Positions 62,922 through 64,000 of a stretch of DNA of 64,000 bases are shown here, piece after piece. Both the position numbers and the translations under genes were made by a program. Every line of letters starts with the position of its first letter. Position 1 is the stretch's first letter. Origin of the DNA: Mytilus californianus (lineage: Eukaryota); the NCBI RefSeq assembly GCF_021869535.1, contig NW_026262679.1, positions 84,940,001 to 85,004,000 on the forward strand, given 5' to 3'. The notes beneath the pieces are model-generated. The model was not told where the DNA came from and made no database searches. It saw only the letters and a program-made list of their open reading frames with translations.

Positions 62922-63757
62922 CAGACTTCACGAATGAATTTTATTTTTACAGGACATTCCGTCTGGTAAACAACCTAGCTTTACCAGACCGAATGAAATT
63001 TTACCAGACCAATTTTTTTACATATAATTGTATATTATCCGACAAAATACAACAAACTTATGACTTCTTGTGCCCTACTCCTCTCCAAAATGCACAAAAA
63101 CAAAGTCATGTGACAAGAGTGTATATTTCGATGAAAGTTGTGCACAATTGCTTGAATGCATTTCAGTGATAAAGAAAAGTAATGTCACATTTTATTGGAT
63201 TTTGACATGAAAATTATTTGTGAACTAAAAATAATTTAGAGTTTCTGTATAAAATATTTCCTGTATCTTCTTTCATTTTCTTAAATCTTTTGGTTTTCAA
63301 TTCTAGTGTTTATATTTCATAGCTGTATTTTGTGAACCTGCTTGGATTTTTTATTTTTTTATTTATTGTATTTGATCGGCAAAACCCGGGATTGGCCTTA
63401 TCCAATTCCCGGAATCTGATCCGGTATTGTCTACATTTCCGGTTGATGGCAGCCATTGTTGTTTTTGTCAGTCAGATATGTTTTTACTCGGATTTACACA
63501 TTACTTGTTGGCGATTTTCGGCATAAAGCTAGCGGTTGAACAAAATAAACATCGTTGTCATGAATAATAAAGATGAAAATGAATTTCGAGATCGTTTGGG
63601 TATTTTGCTCCCAAAATTGGGAAAAATGTAGGGTTTTTAGAAAAATCCATGAAAAAAACAACACTGGACATTGGGACCGGAATTCAACAAAATTTTACCA
63701 GACCAATCCATTATTCATCGGATTTGTCCGACGGTCCGACGAATTTCGTGTAGTCTG
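62922..63757. mobile_element. MITE with CAG...CTG termini
   Basis: CAGACTTCACGAA versus TTCGTGTAGTCTG, subterminal tttaccagacc repeats at both ends, ATCTGA directly flanking both ends. Confidence 0.65.
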
Positions 63758-64000
63758 ATCTGATATCTTGGTTTTTTTGTTATCAAGAACTGCTTCAGAG
63801 AATGATCTGGGCCTAATATATTAGTTAGTATAATAGTCCCAGGAATGATTGGGCAATTTAAAATATATCACCATTTGTCATAATTTTGTAAAACAGTATT
63901 GAATGTCTAGGACATCACGTCAGTTGTAATTTGAGATTCCATGAAAGATTATAGACCTATATATGGAGATATCTACCAGTCACATATCAATTAACTGACA

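Overview
AT-rich eukaryotic genomic DNA, most likely from a bivalve mollusc (Mytilus-like, inferred from the repeat families and genes; no database check). Four host loci were reconstructed by hand from splice sites: (1) two 3-prime exons of an MSP130/mesenchyme-specific cell-surface glycoprotein-like gene on + (8719-9690), the second carrying an in-frame stop; (2) a complete 9-exon, 540-aa SLC22 organic cation/anion transporter on - (30048-22464); (3) a secreted Gly/Met/Tyr-rich protein on - (44426 to about 42400); (4) the last two coding exons of an ARL14EP-like gene on - (60063-53293). The rest is largely nested transposable elements: a CR1/L2-group LINE split by a 4.5-kb TTAA Kolobok-type element, Penelope-like relics, Helentron-associated (HINE/DINE-like) elements with internal tandem arrays, tRNA-derived V-type SINEs and several MITEs. 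The standout is a 4.57-kb composite-like DNA transposon (54551-59123). It has two about 650-bp direct repeats, each bounded by its own short inverted termini, flanking convergent genes for a His-Me finger (HNH) endonuclease and a Kolobok-type DDE transposase. This matches the KolobokP architecture. It sits inside a HINE, inside an ARL14EP intron. All alignments, translations and identities were done by eye.
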